Assembly: GCA_051362555.1 (NCBI GenBank)
Contig: CM120644.1
Span: 13,848,567 to 13,912,566 of the forward strand
Reading direction: 5' to 3'
Source: Lingula anatina
Taxonomy: Eukaryota; Animalia; Brachiopoda
Length of the DNA stretch: 64,000 nucleotides
Shown here: piece by piece, positions 1 to 14,808 of the stretch
Position numbering within the stretch: the first letter of the stretch is position 1
Layout: each line of letters begins with the position of its first letter
Position numbers and translations under genes: made by a program
The notes under the pieces: model-generated
Told to the model about the DNA's origin: nothing
Databases searched by the model: none
What the model saw: the letters and a program-made list of their open reading frames with translations, nothing else

Positions 1-70
1 ACAAATGCTCATTTTCATGCCTTTGACCTAAGCATTTTCACTCCAAACACAACTGTTCTTTCTGTTTCAG

Positions 71-2341
71 CCAAAGTATTAGAAGGGAACACCAAAGCCC
101 CTCAACTCCTTGCCAAAGTTGTCCATGAAGATGTTACGCTGCCTGATATTGAGAAGATATCTGCTGTCACGGAGCGGCTCTCCTTGGACTCTGTAGGAAT
201 TTGGATAGATCCCATAGGTAAGTAAGTCTACTATTCCAGAAGTAATAGTTTCTCTGTAAACAATACCTTACATCATTTAAAAAGCTGACAGTTTTTTCCC
301 CACAACCTTTGAAATATTGATATGTTATATCTTTAAGAAAAAAATCTGAATTATTTTCCCCACAGTATTTTTATTCACCTTAAAGGGATAATAACTCTTC
401 GTGTGAGATCTATATTTCACAATAAAAACATTGTGAACAACTCATACAAATATAATATATTCTGTTTTACCAAAAAACGGCAGTTCTAGCTATTTTTTCT
501 GATATCTGAGCTTGTCTTTAGACCACGTTACCTCCATTGATGGCTATACTCTGTTATAATCTCTTAAGAGATTTAACAAAAAACCAAACTTTTTAGAAAA
601 AAACCAGGGACTAACTTTGAATGTAAAAATGGAATCATTAACCATTGGTTAGTATGGGAAAATTGTTGTTTACTCCAGGAAAATTCATTTTTTGGCCGAA
701 ACGAAGAGTTATTATCCCTTTAAGTCCATTTCTTCTTGAACAAATTTAGAATGAATATGCCTTAAGTGCATCCATTTATTTGCTGTCATATGCATGAATC
801 TTTAAAAGAGTGTACAGCAAAGATATGCTACCTTATATTTTCACTTGATTTGGACAAAATATTTTTAACCTAAATTTTTAAATCCAAAATGGACATTGTT
901 TACTTCTAAGCTGTTTGATGGATAGGAAAAATGAATTCTTGATACTGTAGATAAGCATGTAAATATATGTACTTTTAAAAATTCATTTGTCTGTCCATGA
1001 AATGTTATTATTTCTATAATTTTAGATGCCACAGCTCAATACATAGCTGGTATAGAAGATGAATGCCCAGTTCAAGGTCTATATTCGAATGGTTTGCAGT
1101 GTGTCACAGTGCTCATAGGAGTATACGACAGAGAATCTGGAATCCCCATTATTGGTGTTATGAACCAGGCTTTTTCAACACGGGATACCAGTACTAAGAG
1201 GTATGAGGAGTTCTTCAAGATGACTGTTAACACAAACACACACACACACACACACACACACATTCTTTTGTTTGTTTGTTTGTTTGTTTGTACATGTATA
1301 ATATTTTTATGTCTTATTTTTAGATTTTGTTGCTTGGTTTTATTTCCTAAAATCAGTGCTGCTTGTACTGTATGTCTTAAACTCTTCTTAAAAGTTTTTC
1401 ATTACATTTTATGCGTCAAAGTATCTTTATGGAAAAGGTCTTCAAATAAATATATACTATTTAGAATTGATAATTCTAATCACTGCTACAAGTTAAATTA
1501 TTTTATAGTTGTTTTTCAGTTTGACTGTTAATATTTAATTTTAGGACATTGTTTGTGCAATTTGTGGAATTAATTGATCAGTGCCACATTTTCTGAATAA
1601 GTGTTATAGGTATTTTACTTGGCATAGGATATTTAGGTAAATAGTTATAGAAATAATAATCTATATCTGAAAGTGAAAAAGGTCATAACACTTGTCTTAA
1701 TTAATTTATGTTATAATTTTTCATTTAGATGGCAGAGCAGATTTATTTGGGGCATCTCTTACAAGTCTATCAATATCAACTCCCTTGAAACCTTTGAAAC
1801 AGATTCAGCATCACATCTGGCAGAGCAGTCGGGTGACTTGGATGAGACAAGTTCAGCGCAATCAAAAAAGGTGAAGATGTCACACCTAGCACAGTCAAAC
1901 GCAAGTCAGGAAGAACCAGATACCCGGGCAAAAATTATCAGCAGCCCAGGTGAAAATCCAGAGATTTTATCCAAATTTTCTGCAAAATTTCAAGTAGTTC
2001 ATGCCTGGGGAGCTGGAAACAAATCTCTCTCCATATTGGACAACATCACGGTGGCCTACTTTAACTCTGGTAGCGCCATCTATAGATGGGACACTTGTTG
2101 TGGTCATGCAATTCTCCGCACCATGGGCGGGGCAGTGCTGGACTTCCATAAAGCGTGGGAGGTGGTCAAGTCCTGCAAGGACACTGGTCACCTAGAAGAT
2201 GGCCTTAAAAAGACAGAGTTGACTTACCATTTTAAGAATCTGCAGAAGGAATTAGGGGCAAAACAGTGGGCCAATGCTGGGGGCATTTTAGCCTACAGAG
2301 ACATAAAATATGTTTCAGATATTCTTAGATGTTTGTGTTAA
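71..2341 (+). CDS. INPP1: Inositol polyphosphate 1-phosphatase-like, copy A (5' exons lie upstream of the window)
   Basis: Exons 71-217, 1026-1200, 1729-2341 have AG/GT borders and compatible phases. Translation gives WIDPID-ATAQY, CVTVLIGVYDR, GVMNQAF, YRWDTCCGHAIL and WANAGG, which are motifs of the INPP1/FIG metal-dependent phosphatase family. Stop TAA at 2339-2341. Confidence 0.88.
384..719. mobile_element. Non-autonomous TIR element (Kolobok-like MITE), copy 1
   Basis: TIR AGGGATAATAACTCTTCG / CGAAGAGTTATTATCCCT, TTAA on both sides (380-383, 720-723). RR..YY ends with a TTAA TSD fit Kolobok. Near-identical copy at 14809-15161. Confidence 0.8.
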
Positions 2342-4049
2342 AATGATTTGACCAATGACTGATTCAGAATATCAAGAAGGGAGTAAATTTTCTCTTTTTA
2401 AGTTGCTCTCTCCCTCTTATGCTTCTTGCCCCCTTCCCCTGTTTAACACACCAACCCTACCTCCAGTATAAAAAATTATCTGTGATACTATGCTAAATTA
2501 ATTTTATTGTCTATGTCATGATTGTTAAATAATGTTAATTGAAGTTGCAGTATGTTATTTGTGGAGGGACTGAAGACTTCTATGGAACAACAATGATAAT
2601 TGTTTTTGTCAACCTTTGATAATAAACTGCTAAGTAATTAAACTGGGTTTCTCTGGTTTCTCACCATGGTTACATCTTCAGAATGCATCTACATTTGGGA
2701 GTGTGCTTTCTAAAGTAAATTTCTGACTTTGCATCCATAATGAAAAAAAATAGGATACACATGCTTTGACTTTGCCAGGTATAGGTGTCTCTGAATTTTT
2801 GGGAAAACGGATAAACGCAGTTTCCCTTCTGTCATAGGGACATGTATGCCTGTTGGTAATACATTCTTGTAAATATTATATACTTTTATGAATATTTTTG
2901 TACATTGACTAAATATGAAAGTCTAAAAATTTGTATTACAAAAGCATTGATATGTAAACGCAAAAGGAGGATTGGAATCGTTCTGTGGATGACTTGTTTT
3001 GCAAACCTCATCGTAGTTGCCAAACACACACACGATCCTGCTAGTAAGATCACTTCCATTGTGAACACAGCCTTCAGTCCCATGACAACATTAACATATA
3101 GTGTTCAGGATGCGTTAAAAAGACCCCACTTGGTTTTGTCTTTGGCATTGCCTTCTTATTGTTTACTGCAATCACTACCCCCTATCAACGAAACTGAGAA
3201 AGCAACTTAAATTACTGTACTTAATCATTAAATGTTGCTTTTTTTTGTAGAGGTTGTTACCAAGATACTTAGGCCCTACGATGGAAAAAAAAGATTTTAT
3301 TTTGGACCCAAATCCGGGTCTTAAATATAGTTAAGGTGCGTTTGAAGAAAATTTTAAATGGAAAACTAACCACAGTATATTGAAAACCGTCATTTTTGTT
3401 AAGTATGCTAATTTTTATTATTTCATTGGCGAAATTATAATAAAAATATTTATGAAACACGCGCACACACACAAAAGAATTACAGGCCAGAATAATTGTA
3501 TAAAAGAATACATATAGCGGTCAATTTTTCTAAAACCAAGTATAAGTAATGCGCACTAGTCAATTGAAACCCCGGTCCCCTGCTCCCCGCGACATGGCGG
3601 GCATTTAACGCGTCCGAGCGGGAGATTTATTACCGATTAACAGCATGAAAAATTATTTAAATATCAATTATTGTATCAAGACACAGCTAGATATATAAGC
3701 ATAAAAGATAAAATAAAGCGAATGGAATATTTATTTTATTATCAAAACATTAACATATTTTTGGCTGTAGGCCTATTAACCGATTACAGTGACGTCATAT
3801 TTGCTCCGTAACACTAGTCCCGCGGCCATGCTGGAGGGAATGAACGACGGGGAATAGTAGCGTAAATATAGGTAAACCAAATAAAATAAAGTAAACTTCA
3901 TATCACGATCAAGGACACCAAAGGGAAAAGGATATATACAAGCTGAGGCTTCAGCTGATCAGCGGGATCGACCGATATGAACTCAAGACAGTCTAAAAAC
4001 GTGAAATCCTACTAAATGCTACTTACCCAACATCGTGTTGTCAGAAGAT

Positions 4050-5030
4050 AGTTCAGTTATCTTGTACTTCATTTTTCTTGTTCATTGGGTAATAACAGTT
4101 ATAGTTTGAGAGAGTTTAATGTGTAATCATAAGTTTAACCATAAATAGAAGCAACTGTTTTCATAAAGGATAGATATAAAAAAATTTGAGCTGATCATTA
4201 GGATAAACCCTTGTGGATTCAAGGAAGAATGTATGATTGTCTTATGACATGAAATATTGCTGTTAGTTATGACTTATCTTTACATCGTGAAGCTGTCAGA
4301 AATTATTTCAGCATTCTTGTACTTCATATTGGTTCATTAGAAAGTACATGTAACAAGACTGTTGTTCATTCATATAAGCAGCATTGTTAGCATTTTATTA
4401 TTAGTTCAGTCATTCACAGAAGCATTTGTTAGGCACTACAAATATCCTCAAACCTCAGTTTAAGTTGGACTTAGAGAATGGGAATTTGCCATGGGACTAT
4501 ACACTTGATATCAATGGAGCAATAGAAACTATGTCAATGATGAAAAAGACGTGTCCTTTGTATCAAAATAAAGCTGGTGAGTTGTGTTGTAAATAAGTTT
4601 TCAAAATACATCTACTGTCATAAAAAGTATTGTATCAAACTGATTTTATAAAATTTTATATACCATTTGCATTGAGAATATTTTGCTAGGTATTCAGTGA
4701 ACAAAATTCATGTATTTTAAATTTACTTTAAAACTGCAATATCAGGTATTTGTTGTTCTCTTTTTTTAATGTAAAGCCTAACTATTATTGGGGATTTTCA
4801 GATGCTATTGTTTATACAGTACAGAAGTATAGTATGCAGAACATTTGCTCTATACCATCATCAACTTTTTAAATTATTTCAGCATTCTTGTACTTCATTT
4901 TGGTTCATTAGAAAGTACATGTAACGAGACTGTTGTTTGAGAGAGTTTAATATTCACCATGAATGCAACCATTCATATAAGCAACATTGTTAGGATTTTA
5001 TTATTATTCAGTCATTCACAGAAGCATTTT
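4050..5030 (+). repeat. Local dispersed direct repeats (about 120-160 bp; two good copies and one degenerate copy)
   Basis: AATTATTTCAGCATTCTTGTACTTCA...CAGTCATTCACAGAAGCATTT occurs at about 4301-4427 and 4872-5028, with a degenerate copy at about 4060-4140. Confidence 0.7.
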
Positions 5031-5755
5031 TCACAATCATGTATTTATGATGTCCAATGTAAAATAATAATTCAGTTCATGAATTGATTTCTGCAACCAT
5101 TTGCTTAAACATATGGGAAAAGTGCACATTTTGTATGAATAAAAGTGAACATGAAATGCTGAGTTCTGAGTGTTGCTTCAATTAAATAACTCCTGTCATG
5201 CACTGGATTTCACTCTCCTGATGTTCAGATCCTGTCTCCTCAGCTGGTCACAGAGATCTAGGAATATTTTTGCTGCTTCTACCTTGTGTGTCATCTAGCT
5301 GCCTTTTGTATCTGTCATCAAAAGCTTCCGTTTTTTTTTTTTCTTTTTTTTTTTTTAATAATTTACTTGCACCCAATCAGTGTGGCTTGGTGGGAAATGC
5401 CTGATCAATTTCCTACATGTAAATCTAAATTAGTAGAAAGATAACAATACAACAATGTAGTGATTTTTATTCATATTATAACTTACAACATTACAGTTGA
5501 AAGGAGCAGAATTTAACATTTTTACAGAGGAAAGTGCAAAATTATTTCATGAGGTTATTAAAGTTATATGTCAATTACACCTGAGGTAGAATTTACTTGC
5601 AAAATAAAATTACTCTTATCACTACACCAAATCGAAAATTAAGCCACCAACTTCCAAATACACTTCATACAGGTAATTGATTTAATTGGCCCAGCTCAGC
5701 TGTGTACAGGACAAATATAGCCTTGACACTAATTGGGAATAATCCCAGCAGGCAC

Positions 5756-6030
5756 ACAACGTTGATTCAACGTTGAATCAACGTTGATTCTCAACGTTGA
5801 ATCAACGTTGAATTTATGTTTGAAAACGGAAGTTTGTGTCAACGTTGAAAAGTCAACGTTGAATCAACGTTGAAAAGTCAACGTTGAATCAACGTTGAAA
5901 AGTCAACGTTGAATCAACGTTGGCAATTCAACGTTGTTTCAACGTTGGCAATTCAACGTTGTTTCAACATTAGAAATCTCAATTAACGTTGATTATATGT
6001 TGATTTAGCATTGATTATATCTTGAATTAA
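5756..6030. repeat. Left subterminal TCAACGTTGA palindrome array of the EnSpm-like element
   Basis: Dense copies of (T)CAACGTTG(A) that decay inward. Confidence 0.85.
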
Positions 6031-6965
6031 CATTAAAGAAAAGTTGAGACAAATAGCATTTTCAATGTCTTTATTTTGTCACTGCATAAAAGGAAAAATG
6101 CTGCTAATTTAAGTAATTAAAATATACATAGTTTACAACATAGCAATAGTAAATAAAAAACTAAGAACAACACTTTTTTTTAAAAAAACAAAGCTGCACA
6201 TCGAATCTGAACTAACACAAAAATTGTAATTAATTATGCATGTACATAGTGGGGGGGGGGATTTTTGCACACCTTAACCTAAATTATACTATACATTGTG
6301 ATTTTTAAAGTAAATTATAATTCAAACATATCATTAATAATCATAATCACTAGTTCTGTAATAAATAAATCTTGAATAATGAATGAAAAAACATTGTTTT
6401 TTAGATGACAGAGAGTTCATTATAACAAAATTATAAATAACCATGCAGTAACTGTTTCAATTAAACTTGCATGCTGTCTACATACATGCAAACTCTGAAA
6501 AAAGAATTATGTATACCCCATAGATATAGATGCACAATAAAAAGACAATTACATGTGCACAAACACAAACCCCAGTATATTGTTGATGCTTTTGAATGAA
6601 ATTACATCATGAATAAAATCACTCAATGAGTTGAACCAGTTTGGAACACTTGTGCTTTTGTCATATCCATATCACTAAGAAATGATACATCAGACTCCTT
6701 GACAAGCTAATAATAATTAAAGGAATTAACAATGTAACAAGTACATCTACCAAATTAACAACAGCTCATTTAAATGTCAGGTAAAAACACAACATCCCTT
6801 CCTTTGTTAAAGAGAATTAAACTGTCCTTTCAAATATATGCTAATTGACAGTTCAGTTTTTAAATTGTCTTTTCAAACATTTGCAGAATAACATATGAAC
6901 TCCAACTATAATTATTCTAACCACATTGAAAATTCTCAAATCTAATCAACTCATATCAAACCCTA

Positions 6966-7116
6966 CCCTCTACCAGGACGACTGATAGATTTTTACGGAT
7001 ATTCACAGATATGTCTCTAGCTAGATTAGTCACTTGGAGCTTAAAATGACAATCTATCTAGCTAGAGACATATCTGTGAATATCCGTAAAAATCTATCAG
7101 TCGCCCTGGTAGAGGG
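6966..7116. mobile_element. Nested CCC...GGG MITE (near-perfect hairpin, arms about 60 bp)
   Basis: CCCTCTACCAGGACGACTGATAGATTTTTACGGATATTCACAGATATGTCTCTAGCTAGAT and its reverse complement; TA on both sides (6964-6965, 7117-7118). Confidence 0.8.
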
Positions 7117-7399
7117 TAATCAAACCCCATGTCCCTTTCACTACAATACTACAAATTCCACATGGTCTCTTTCTTTGTCTGCCTTTAAGTCACATTCAAA
7201 TGCTCCCTTCACTTTAAAGGTTTCTCAGACGTGTCTGAATAATACTGTTTGTTTTGTGGTCCTCCACAAGAGCCTGAGACGCTTTTTTTTTCTTGGATTG
7301 CAGCATTCCCCATGTATTTTCATCAATGATATTACAATATGCGCCTGAATCTGGTAATACAGCTAGTACACTGAGATAAATGCCGCCTATCTATATTTC

Positions 7400-8060
7400 C
7401 ACCAAGTCTCAGTGTATATTGCATTGGTTACCCCACACCAAATGTATATGCACTCCTGGATTATCATGTTCATAACTGTCATATACATGAATATTAGTTT
7501 CAGTTTTGCAGACTTGTTGCACGTTCCATGTTTTCTCAGTCGGGGTGGTTTCTACTTCGTTTTTTCATGTCTGAACTCGTGGTGTTTAGACTGAGTTGGT
7601 TTGTCAAATGACTTCGGTTTTTAACATACTCACAGTTTCTGGAGTTGCACTTTCATTTAAAGTGTTAACAGTCTATGTGTATCCATGTTTCACACCTGCA
7701 ATATGTTTGGGAGAGTCATGAAAATATCTTGTACACGTCCCCCTGAATGCTACATCAGCGCGCGTCTCTTCTGACATGTATTTTTTAATTTTCTGTCTTT
7801 GTTCATTATTTCTTTTCGTCCGTTGGTTCTGAAACGATCAAACCTTTTCCGTCAGCAAATGATTTATCTCTCTCTTTCTCATCCTGCAAACTGTCTAGCC
7901 AGCGTGGCCCGTATTTCTCCGGACTTCTGTACGCTTCGAATTTCGTAATTTCACGTTTTTCCTCCATTTTCTCAAAGAAAGTTGGCTCGTAGTTTTGCAC
8001 TAAAGTTAATCCTCGTCTCCAGTGTTGATACCTTTGAATTATATCGCATCACGAATCGAA
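7400..8060 (-). pseudogene. Degraded coding-like cargo inside the EnSpm-like element
   Basis: Charged, codon-like frame (..QNYEPTFFEKMEEKREITKFEAYRSPEKYGPRWLDSLQ..) continues across a frameshift and stops. A CpG-rich segment lies upstream (8100-8200) and a GTGAGT donor at about 7633. No recognisable domain. Confidence 0.3.
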
Positions 8061-8434
8061 TCAATCAACGAATTGTATCAGTTTCATACGCCTGTGCTTC
8101 TTCGTATCCACAACTCTAAAAACGCTACATCCGGGTACTTGACCGGCTTGTCATAAAAAGCGGAATTTAAGAATAACGGAACGAGTACTTAGCTCTAAAA
8201 AGTTAACAGTTCATTCAAATGTCAAGTCCAATTTATATCAAATAGTGCAAATATGATGAGGGGACTTTGAAGAAAAGAGAGAAAGAGAGAGATAAATCAA
8301 AATTGATCAAATGACGTTAGTTCAATGCATTCAACTCACTTGTCAATAAAAAAAAAATAGACAAAAATTAAATAATTAAAATAATAAAATAAATAAAAAA
8401 TAAAATAAATGACATCACCAAATATTGGCTTGAT

Positions 8435-8625
<191 letters not shown>

Positions 8626-8829
8626 ACTGTCTCAAGTTGAAATGCAAAAACTGAATCCATGTTGAATTAACATCTTTAACTAATTATAAGTTACCTCCTG
8701 AATAGTCATTATGTTAACTTGAAATGCCAAAGTTGAATCAATGTTAAAAATTTACTCAAACATCAACATTCAAAAATGCAAGTTGAATAAGGTTGAAATA
8801 ATGTAGGTTTATCAACTCAATCTTACTTC

Positions 8830-9405
8830 AAAGTTGAATCAATGTTGATATGCCAACGTTGAATTTGTAGTCGTTGAATCAACGTTGAATCAATGTTGAA
8901 ATGTCAACGTTGAATTTGTTGTCGTTGAATCAAAGTTGAATCAACGTTGAAATGCCAACGTTGAATTTGTTGTCGTTGAATCAACGTTGAATCAACGTTG
9001 AAATGCCAACGTTGAATTTGTTGTCGTTGAATCAACGTTGAATCAACGTTGAAATGCCAACGTTGAATTTGTTGTCGTTGAATCAACGTTGAATCAACGT
9101 TGAAATGCCAACGTTGAATTTGTTGACGTTGAATCAAAGTTGAATCAACGTTGAAATGCCAACGTTGAATTTGTTGTCGTTGAATCAACGTTGAATCAAC
9201 GTTGAAATGCCAACGTTGAATTTGTTGACGTTGAATCAACGTTGAATCAACGTTGAAATGCCAACGTTGAATTTGTTGTCGTTGAATCAACGTTGAATCA
9301 ACGTTGAAATGCCAACGTTGAATTATGGTCGTTGAATCAACGTTGATTCAACGTTTATCAACGTCTCAACATAAATTCAACGTTGATTCAACGTTGAATC
9401 AACGT
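8830..9405. repeat. Right subterminal array: 51-bp tandem unit (about 9-10 copies) built of TCAACGTTGA palindromes
   Basis: Unit TCAACGTTGAAATGCCAACGTTGAATTTGTTGTCGTTGAATCAACGTTGAA explains the 17-aa periodic ORF 8904-9290. Confidence 0.9.
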
Positions 9406-10174
9406 TGTGTGCCTGCTGGGATGCTAACCAGGTATAAAAGAGGAAGGTGACAGCCGATAAAATCTAGAGAGCACCGTAACTGATAACAAATTACACCCAA
9501 GGCAATAGGTGAGTCTTCATTATAAAAGTCGAAACCCTGGGTATTTCCACACGTTTTAACAAATTAACACACTCTCCATCCACACTTTTTGGGCACTACT
9601 TTAAATATATACGTGCGCCCCAAACGTACACACCTAGGTCTTTGGTGTTCTACTGTTTTTTCTTTTATGGTAAATCTGCACAGTTGGCTCTTCATTCTTT
9701 GCTATTAAATAAATTAGTTTTATCCTTTACTTTTCCGAAGAGTCTTGATTCAAAGCCACCTCGCCGTCTCTCCTCCGTTTATGGTTTTAGTTCCTTCACC
9801 ATGGATTTTTACCACTGCAGGCAGTCTGTGAACGCTTGTAAAGTAAGTTACCTTCTCTCGATCAAATACCCTGCAGTAATTCATCATTTTGCTCGGTTAA
9901 ATATGAAAAAAAATACAGAAAACGAAAACTGAACTACAGACATGGCTTGTTCATGCGCAGCAGACGATTCCGGTCTCCCTCCAGTATGGCTGCCGTTTGT
10001 TTTGATGACGCAGGCTCTAATGGGTCAATAGGCTATAATTTGAATTGCCTTTAATAACAGCATGTGTTGTATACGATATGTATACATAGGCCTATACATT
10101 TGAAAACAAATTAATTTTTATTAACACTTATAGTAAACCGGTCTTTCTTCCTAACGACAGACATAGTGCCTAAA

Positions 10175-10216
<42 letters not shown>

Positions 10217-10469
10217 CCGCATTTCCCTCCCCGCTTCGCCAAGCGTTACCCCCTCCCCCTCCCCCAACACACACACACACACACATACACACCACTCCGG
10301 CTCCTACGCAAATGAGTTTGAACTTAAAACCTTACAATCAAGGTGCCATTTTAAATAAAATCATATATACAGGTAAACAAAACGATAAAAGTGTCGATGT
10401 AACAGTATCTTTTAAAAAATTATTCATGTACATGTAGTTTCGACATCGGCTCCACTTGTGTACTTTCCT

Positions 10470-10575
10470 TTCTCACAGGAAGTAAAGTAGCTACTAATGC
10501 ATTGTGGGGGATGTAAAGCTTGTGTTGTTTGTGAAGCTCAGACGGTCGCAGACAAATAAATGCAACCGGTGAGAA
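10470..10575 (+). promoter_or_regulatory. Candidate housekeeping promoter and non-coding first exon of INPP1 copy B
   Basis: ETS-like CAGGAAGT, ZNF143/Staf-like TGCATTGTGGGGGATGTA, donor CG|GTGAGA at 10568/10569, acceptor AAG at 11056-11058 just before the ATG at 11064. Confidence 0.4.
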
Positions 10576-10637
10576 ACAGGTTGATGCTTAAATGTGTATA
10601 TAAATCTTCAGATAAAGCAACCATTGCACTGTTCAAT

Positions 10638-10638
<1 letters not shown>

Positions 10639-10733
<95 letters not shown>
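10639..10733. repeat. (CT)n microsatellite
   Basis: Seen directly in the sequence. Confidence 0.95.
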
Positions 10734-10736
<3 letters not shown>

Positions 10737-11063
10737 GACCGACCAAAGAAGGGAAATCAGTAATCAGTCAAATGAATTGTATGTGGTAACCTCTCTATTT
10801 CTTGTTTTTCTTTGTAATTCAGAGATGAGCTTTTTCCGTAGAAACGCGTAATTCTGCGTTTTTTAATTCAGTCCTGATGGTTTCTGAGATTTGTCGAGAC
10901 CTACAATAAAATCTGGGGTGGGGGTTGGGGGGGGGGGTAAATATTCAGATGGTTTTTTAACCTAGGCTTATGTCGTTGTATTATGTCATTATATTTATTT
11001 GGGAGGTCAGATATCCCATTTTAAATGTATTTATCCTTTTTTTCTAAAATTTAAAAAGGTGCC

Positions 11064-11556
11064 ATGAAGATTTCTGACCTAACTCATGCTTTAATCAGGG
11101 CATCGGAAAAAGCAGCAAGAATAGCCAGGACCATCAGAGCAGAAGAGGACCTGTTCTCTTTACTCATTGAAGAAAAACCTGAGATAAAGAGACATGATAA
11201 AGTTATTCAAGATTTTAAAACTCTGGCAGATGTTCTTATACAGGAAACCATTAAGCATGACTTAGGAACACAGGTAATAATAATAATAATGAAAAAAAGC
11301 TGTATAGAGAGATCGAGAGCTTTTAGCTATAGCTATCACTTTTTGCTGCAGCTTTTATCTTTATTCCATGAATAATATCTAACTAGCTGTAATACACTGT
11401 ATTAGGGTTGGTGTATTTCTGAAGATGTCTTTTTCAGTTTCCAGGCCTCGAGAAATTTGTTTATGGTGAAGAAGAGAGTGAGTTCACCAACACTAATGGA
11501 GAGACAATTCATGTCAGAGTTTGTGACACAGTGGAAGAAACATGCAGCCTGCTAGG

Positions 11557-11626
<70 letters not shown>

Positions 11627-13816
11627 TGAATCACCCTGAGTATACTGAAAATCCTGTGTCCTTCTATGTGGGAAAGCATGTGCTGTTGTAAAGTTAAGTT
11701 ATCACCCATACTCATAAACTCAGGGTGATGGAGATTTTGCACAGGGTATAGTAATGTTACCATCAAAACTTAGTGTCAAGAAGTGCTAGGCAGAGTTGAG
11801 TTACTGTTGGCACTTTTAAACACAACATCAACTGGTTTCTCAACCCCTGAGAAAAAAAGTTTTTTTTAATAAAGATTATTTGTTTAAAACTAATAGAAGT
11901 GATGGTTGATGTTGAAGAAAGTTTTCTTTCATTACATAGTAGTGTTAACTTACCCACAATATCTCCTATTGTTAAGCTCAAATATATTTTTATTCACATA
12001 AAAGCAATACATTAGTCCTGTATCACAAAATCTCACCCAGCTTTCATCTCAGTTGTGTCCCAGTGTCACACCTAATACATCCGTTATTTCTGTTTCAGCC
12101 AAAGTATTAGAAGGGAACACCAAAGCCCCACAACTCCTGGCCAAAGTTGTCCATGAAGATGTTACGCTGCCTGATATTGAGAAGATATCTGCTGTCATGG
12201 AGGAGCTGTCCTCGGACTCTGTAGGAATTTGGATAGATCCCATTGGTAAAGACATCTTAAATAGTAAAGTTCTTTTGTAATTATCAGAACATGAGTTTAT
12301 AAATGGGGCCTCAAACCCCCAAAACCTACTTGGGCTGAATAAGACAAATTCCATTAGTTTCTGATAATAATAGATAAAGAAAATTGTAGCATCACAGGAT
12401 TTGCACGAGGTGAATGATAATCCAGAGTTATATATGTGGAGTAAGCTGCATGCCCTTTACTTTTGTTCAGCATTAATTTATATTCTTATTTGATTTTACG
12501 TCTTTTTTGTTTATGATGATGACTTGATCTTTTCATTGGGCAAAAATGATCAAACTGTCAGATATGTAATTCTAAAATCACAATAATTATATTTCTATAT
12601 AACATTTGTGGTGCTTTATCTTTATAGAATAGAAATATAGAGTAGACTGCTTTTTAATTTTGTTGCTACCACTCAATAGGAATGTTCTAATTTTGAGAAG
12701 TAATGACATAAAAAACATAGTAACTGTGAAATTCATATTTGTTTTTCCATTGAAAAGATCGAGTAATTATCATATATATTTTGTTCAGATTCTACAGCAC
12801 AGTATATAGCAGGGATAGAGGATGCCTCCCCAGAAAATGGAGTGTATTCCAAAGGTGTGCAATGTGTCACAGTGCTAATAGGAGCATATGACAGAGAATC
12901 TGGAATCCCAATCATTGGAGCATTGAACCAACCTTTTTCTAACCAGGATGCCGGTACCAAAAGGTAATCACTTCTTATCTAATTCCAGTGTGTATGTATT
13001 GCTTGCCAAGTGACACTGATCTGATTCCAAACCCCTGAAACCATTTAGTATGCATTATGTCTTGTTTGCAGAAATTAGATAAAGAAGTGTGTGTGTGTGT
13101 GAAATTTTGCATTTTTTTAATACAGTGTTTTTCAGTACATGTACAGCATGGCAGCCACGACAACTGTATGAAACATTCTAAGCTTAATGTTTAGTTTGCT
13201 CGTTTCTAGATGGAATGGCAGAATTGTATGGGGCATCTCTTACAAGTCCACCAATATCAACTCCTATCAGAGTCCTGAATCATCGTCACAACCAGCCCCC
13301 CAATCAAATTCTGTGGATGAGACAAGTTCAACGCAATCAAAAAAGATGAAGATGTCACACCTAACACAATCAAACTCAAACCAAGAAGAGCCAGTTTCAA
13401 GGGAGAAACTGATCAGCAGCACCAGCGAACTCCCAGATATATTAGCCAAATTTTCAACAAAATTTCAAGTCGTTCATGGCTCAGGGTCTGGGTATAAATC
13501 CCTCTCCTTACTGGACAACATTGTGGCAACTTACTCGTGCAGCAGTGGCTCCACCTATAAATGGGACACGTGCTGCTCTCACGCCATTCTCCGCTCCATG
13601 GGTGGGTCAGTGCTGGACTTTCATAAAGCGTGGGACGTGATTAAGTCCTGCAAGGACACTGGGCAGCTGGAAGATGACCTTCAGAAGATGGAATTGACCT
13701 ACCATCACAAGGATGTACAGAAGGAATTAGGCGCAAAACAATGGGCCAATGCTGGAGGCATTGTTGCTTACAGGGACATAAAAATTGTTTTGAAACTTCT
13801 TCAGTGTTTGTGTTAG
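11064..13816 (+). CDS. INPP1: Inositol polyphosphate 1-phosphatase-like, copy B (complete, 5 coding exons)
   Basis: Exons 11064-11273, 11438-11555, 12099-12245, 12789-12963, 13210-13816 join in frame. Motifs: SEKAARIAR, LFSLLIEEK, DFKTLADVLIQETIKHD, FPGL..GEE, WIDPIDSTAQY, GSGYKSL, YKWDTCCSHAIL, WANAGG. Stop TAG. Confidence 0.93.
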
Positions 13817-14808
13817 TACTATTTTATTATGGATATTAGTGGATAACTATAATTTGAAATTTCTGTATAAAGAAAGTATAGAAAGATGTAAATATAAAGC
13901 ACAAAACATAGGTTTGGTCCATTTAAGATTTACTAGATACTTAATTAATAACTGTTAAGGTGCTTTTCTTTCATCAGGAATAGTAATCAAATTGCACTCA
14001 TATCTGTATAATGATAGATGGAGATATTGAAGGATGAAACGGTGACCTTTTTTCCAGTGCAAAGACTTTTCTATAAGGTTTTATCATGCAGCTTTAACAA
14101 TGAGAAGAAAAAGAAAAATTGAATCTAAAGAGACAATTGTATCCTACTTATGAGTCATGATATTTATACCCCTATTCAACACATGACTGACAGTGACTTG
14201 TACATTAACTTCTTTATCATGATTAAAAGAGAGACAATGAAAACATATTTCACTGATCTGTACCAGCTACCAAGCTACCAGCTATAAAGGTATAATCATA
14301 AATATCATGTTAATAAATTATTGAATTTGTATGTAGTACTAATTGAGTTGTGTGATTGGGTGTTTAGTATGTGTAAATCTCATAATTAAGCTCTTGGGAG
14401 TGAAAGGGAGATTGTTTTATTAAGGTTGTGAGTCAATTTTGGTTACATTTCGAGTTATTAGTGACAAAGAAGATTTCTGGAATCTTGGTTCTTATTGCCA
14501 AATATACCTCTATTAAGATGGCCTTTGGCTTTGACAACTTGGTAGTTGTCTGTAAAGATCTATGTCTTGTATGTCTTAATATGTTTTACAGTGCATAAGT
14601 AATATGTTGTCACTTTTGATTAACTGGTGGAAATAAAATCAGCATTTGACAATGAATAAATATTTCAGTAAATAGAAGTATTAATTTATTTGATATTCAC
14701 TTTGTAATAAAACTATGTAAGAACAAGTGGTTGATCAGAAATAGAGTGTGAAAGTACCACATGTCACAGCTCTTCCTGGCCAATGCAAATTACATGTCAA
14801 AAAATTAA

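Noticed and set aside
4530-4650. Possible C/D-box snoRNA (ATGATGA...CTGA)
   Set aside because: No convincing terminal stem or recognisable rRNA guide, and such boxes are frequent by chance in AT-rich DNA.
8830-9405. CRISPR-like array or 128-aa repeat protein (ORF 8904-9290)
   Set aside because: Units are identical with no unique spacers and no cas genes. It is the subterminal array of a TIR element, and the ORF is a by-product of a 51-bp period.
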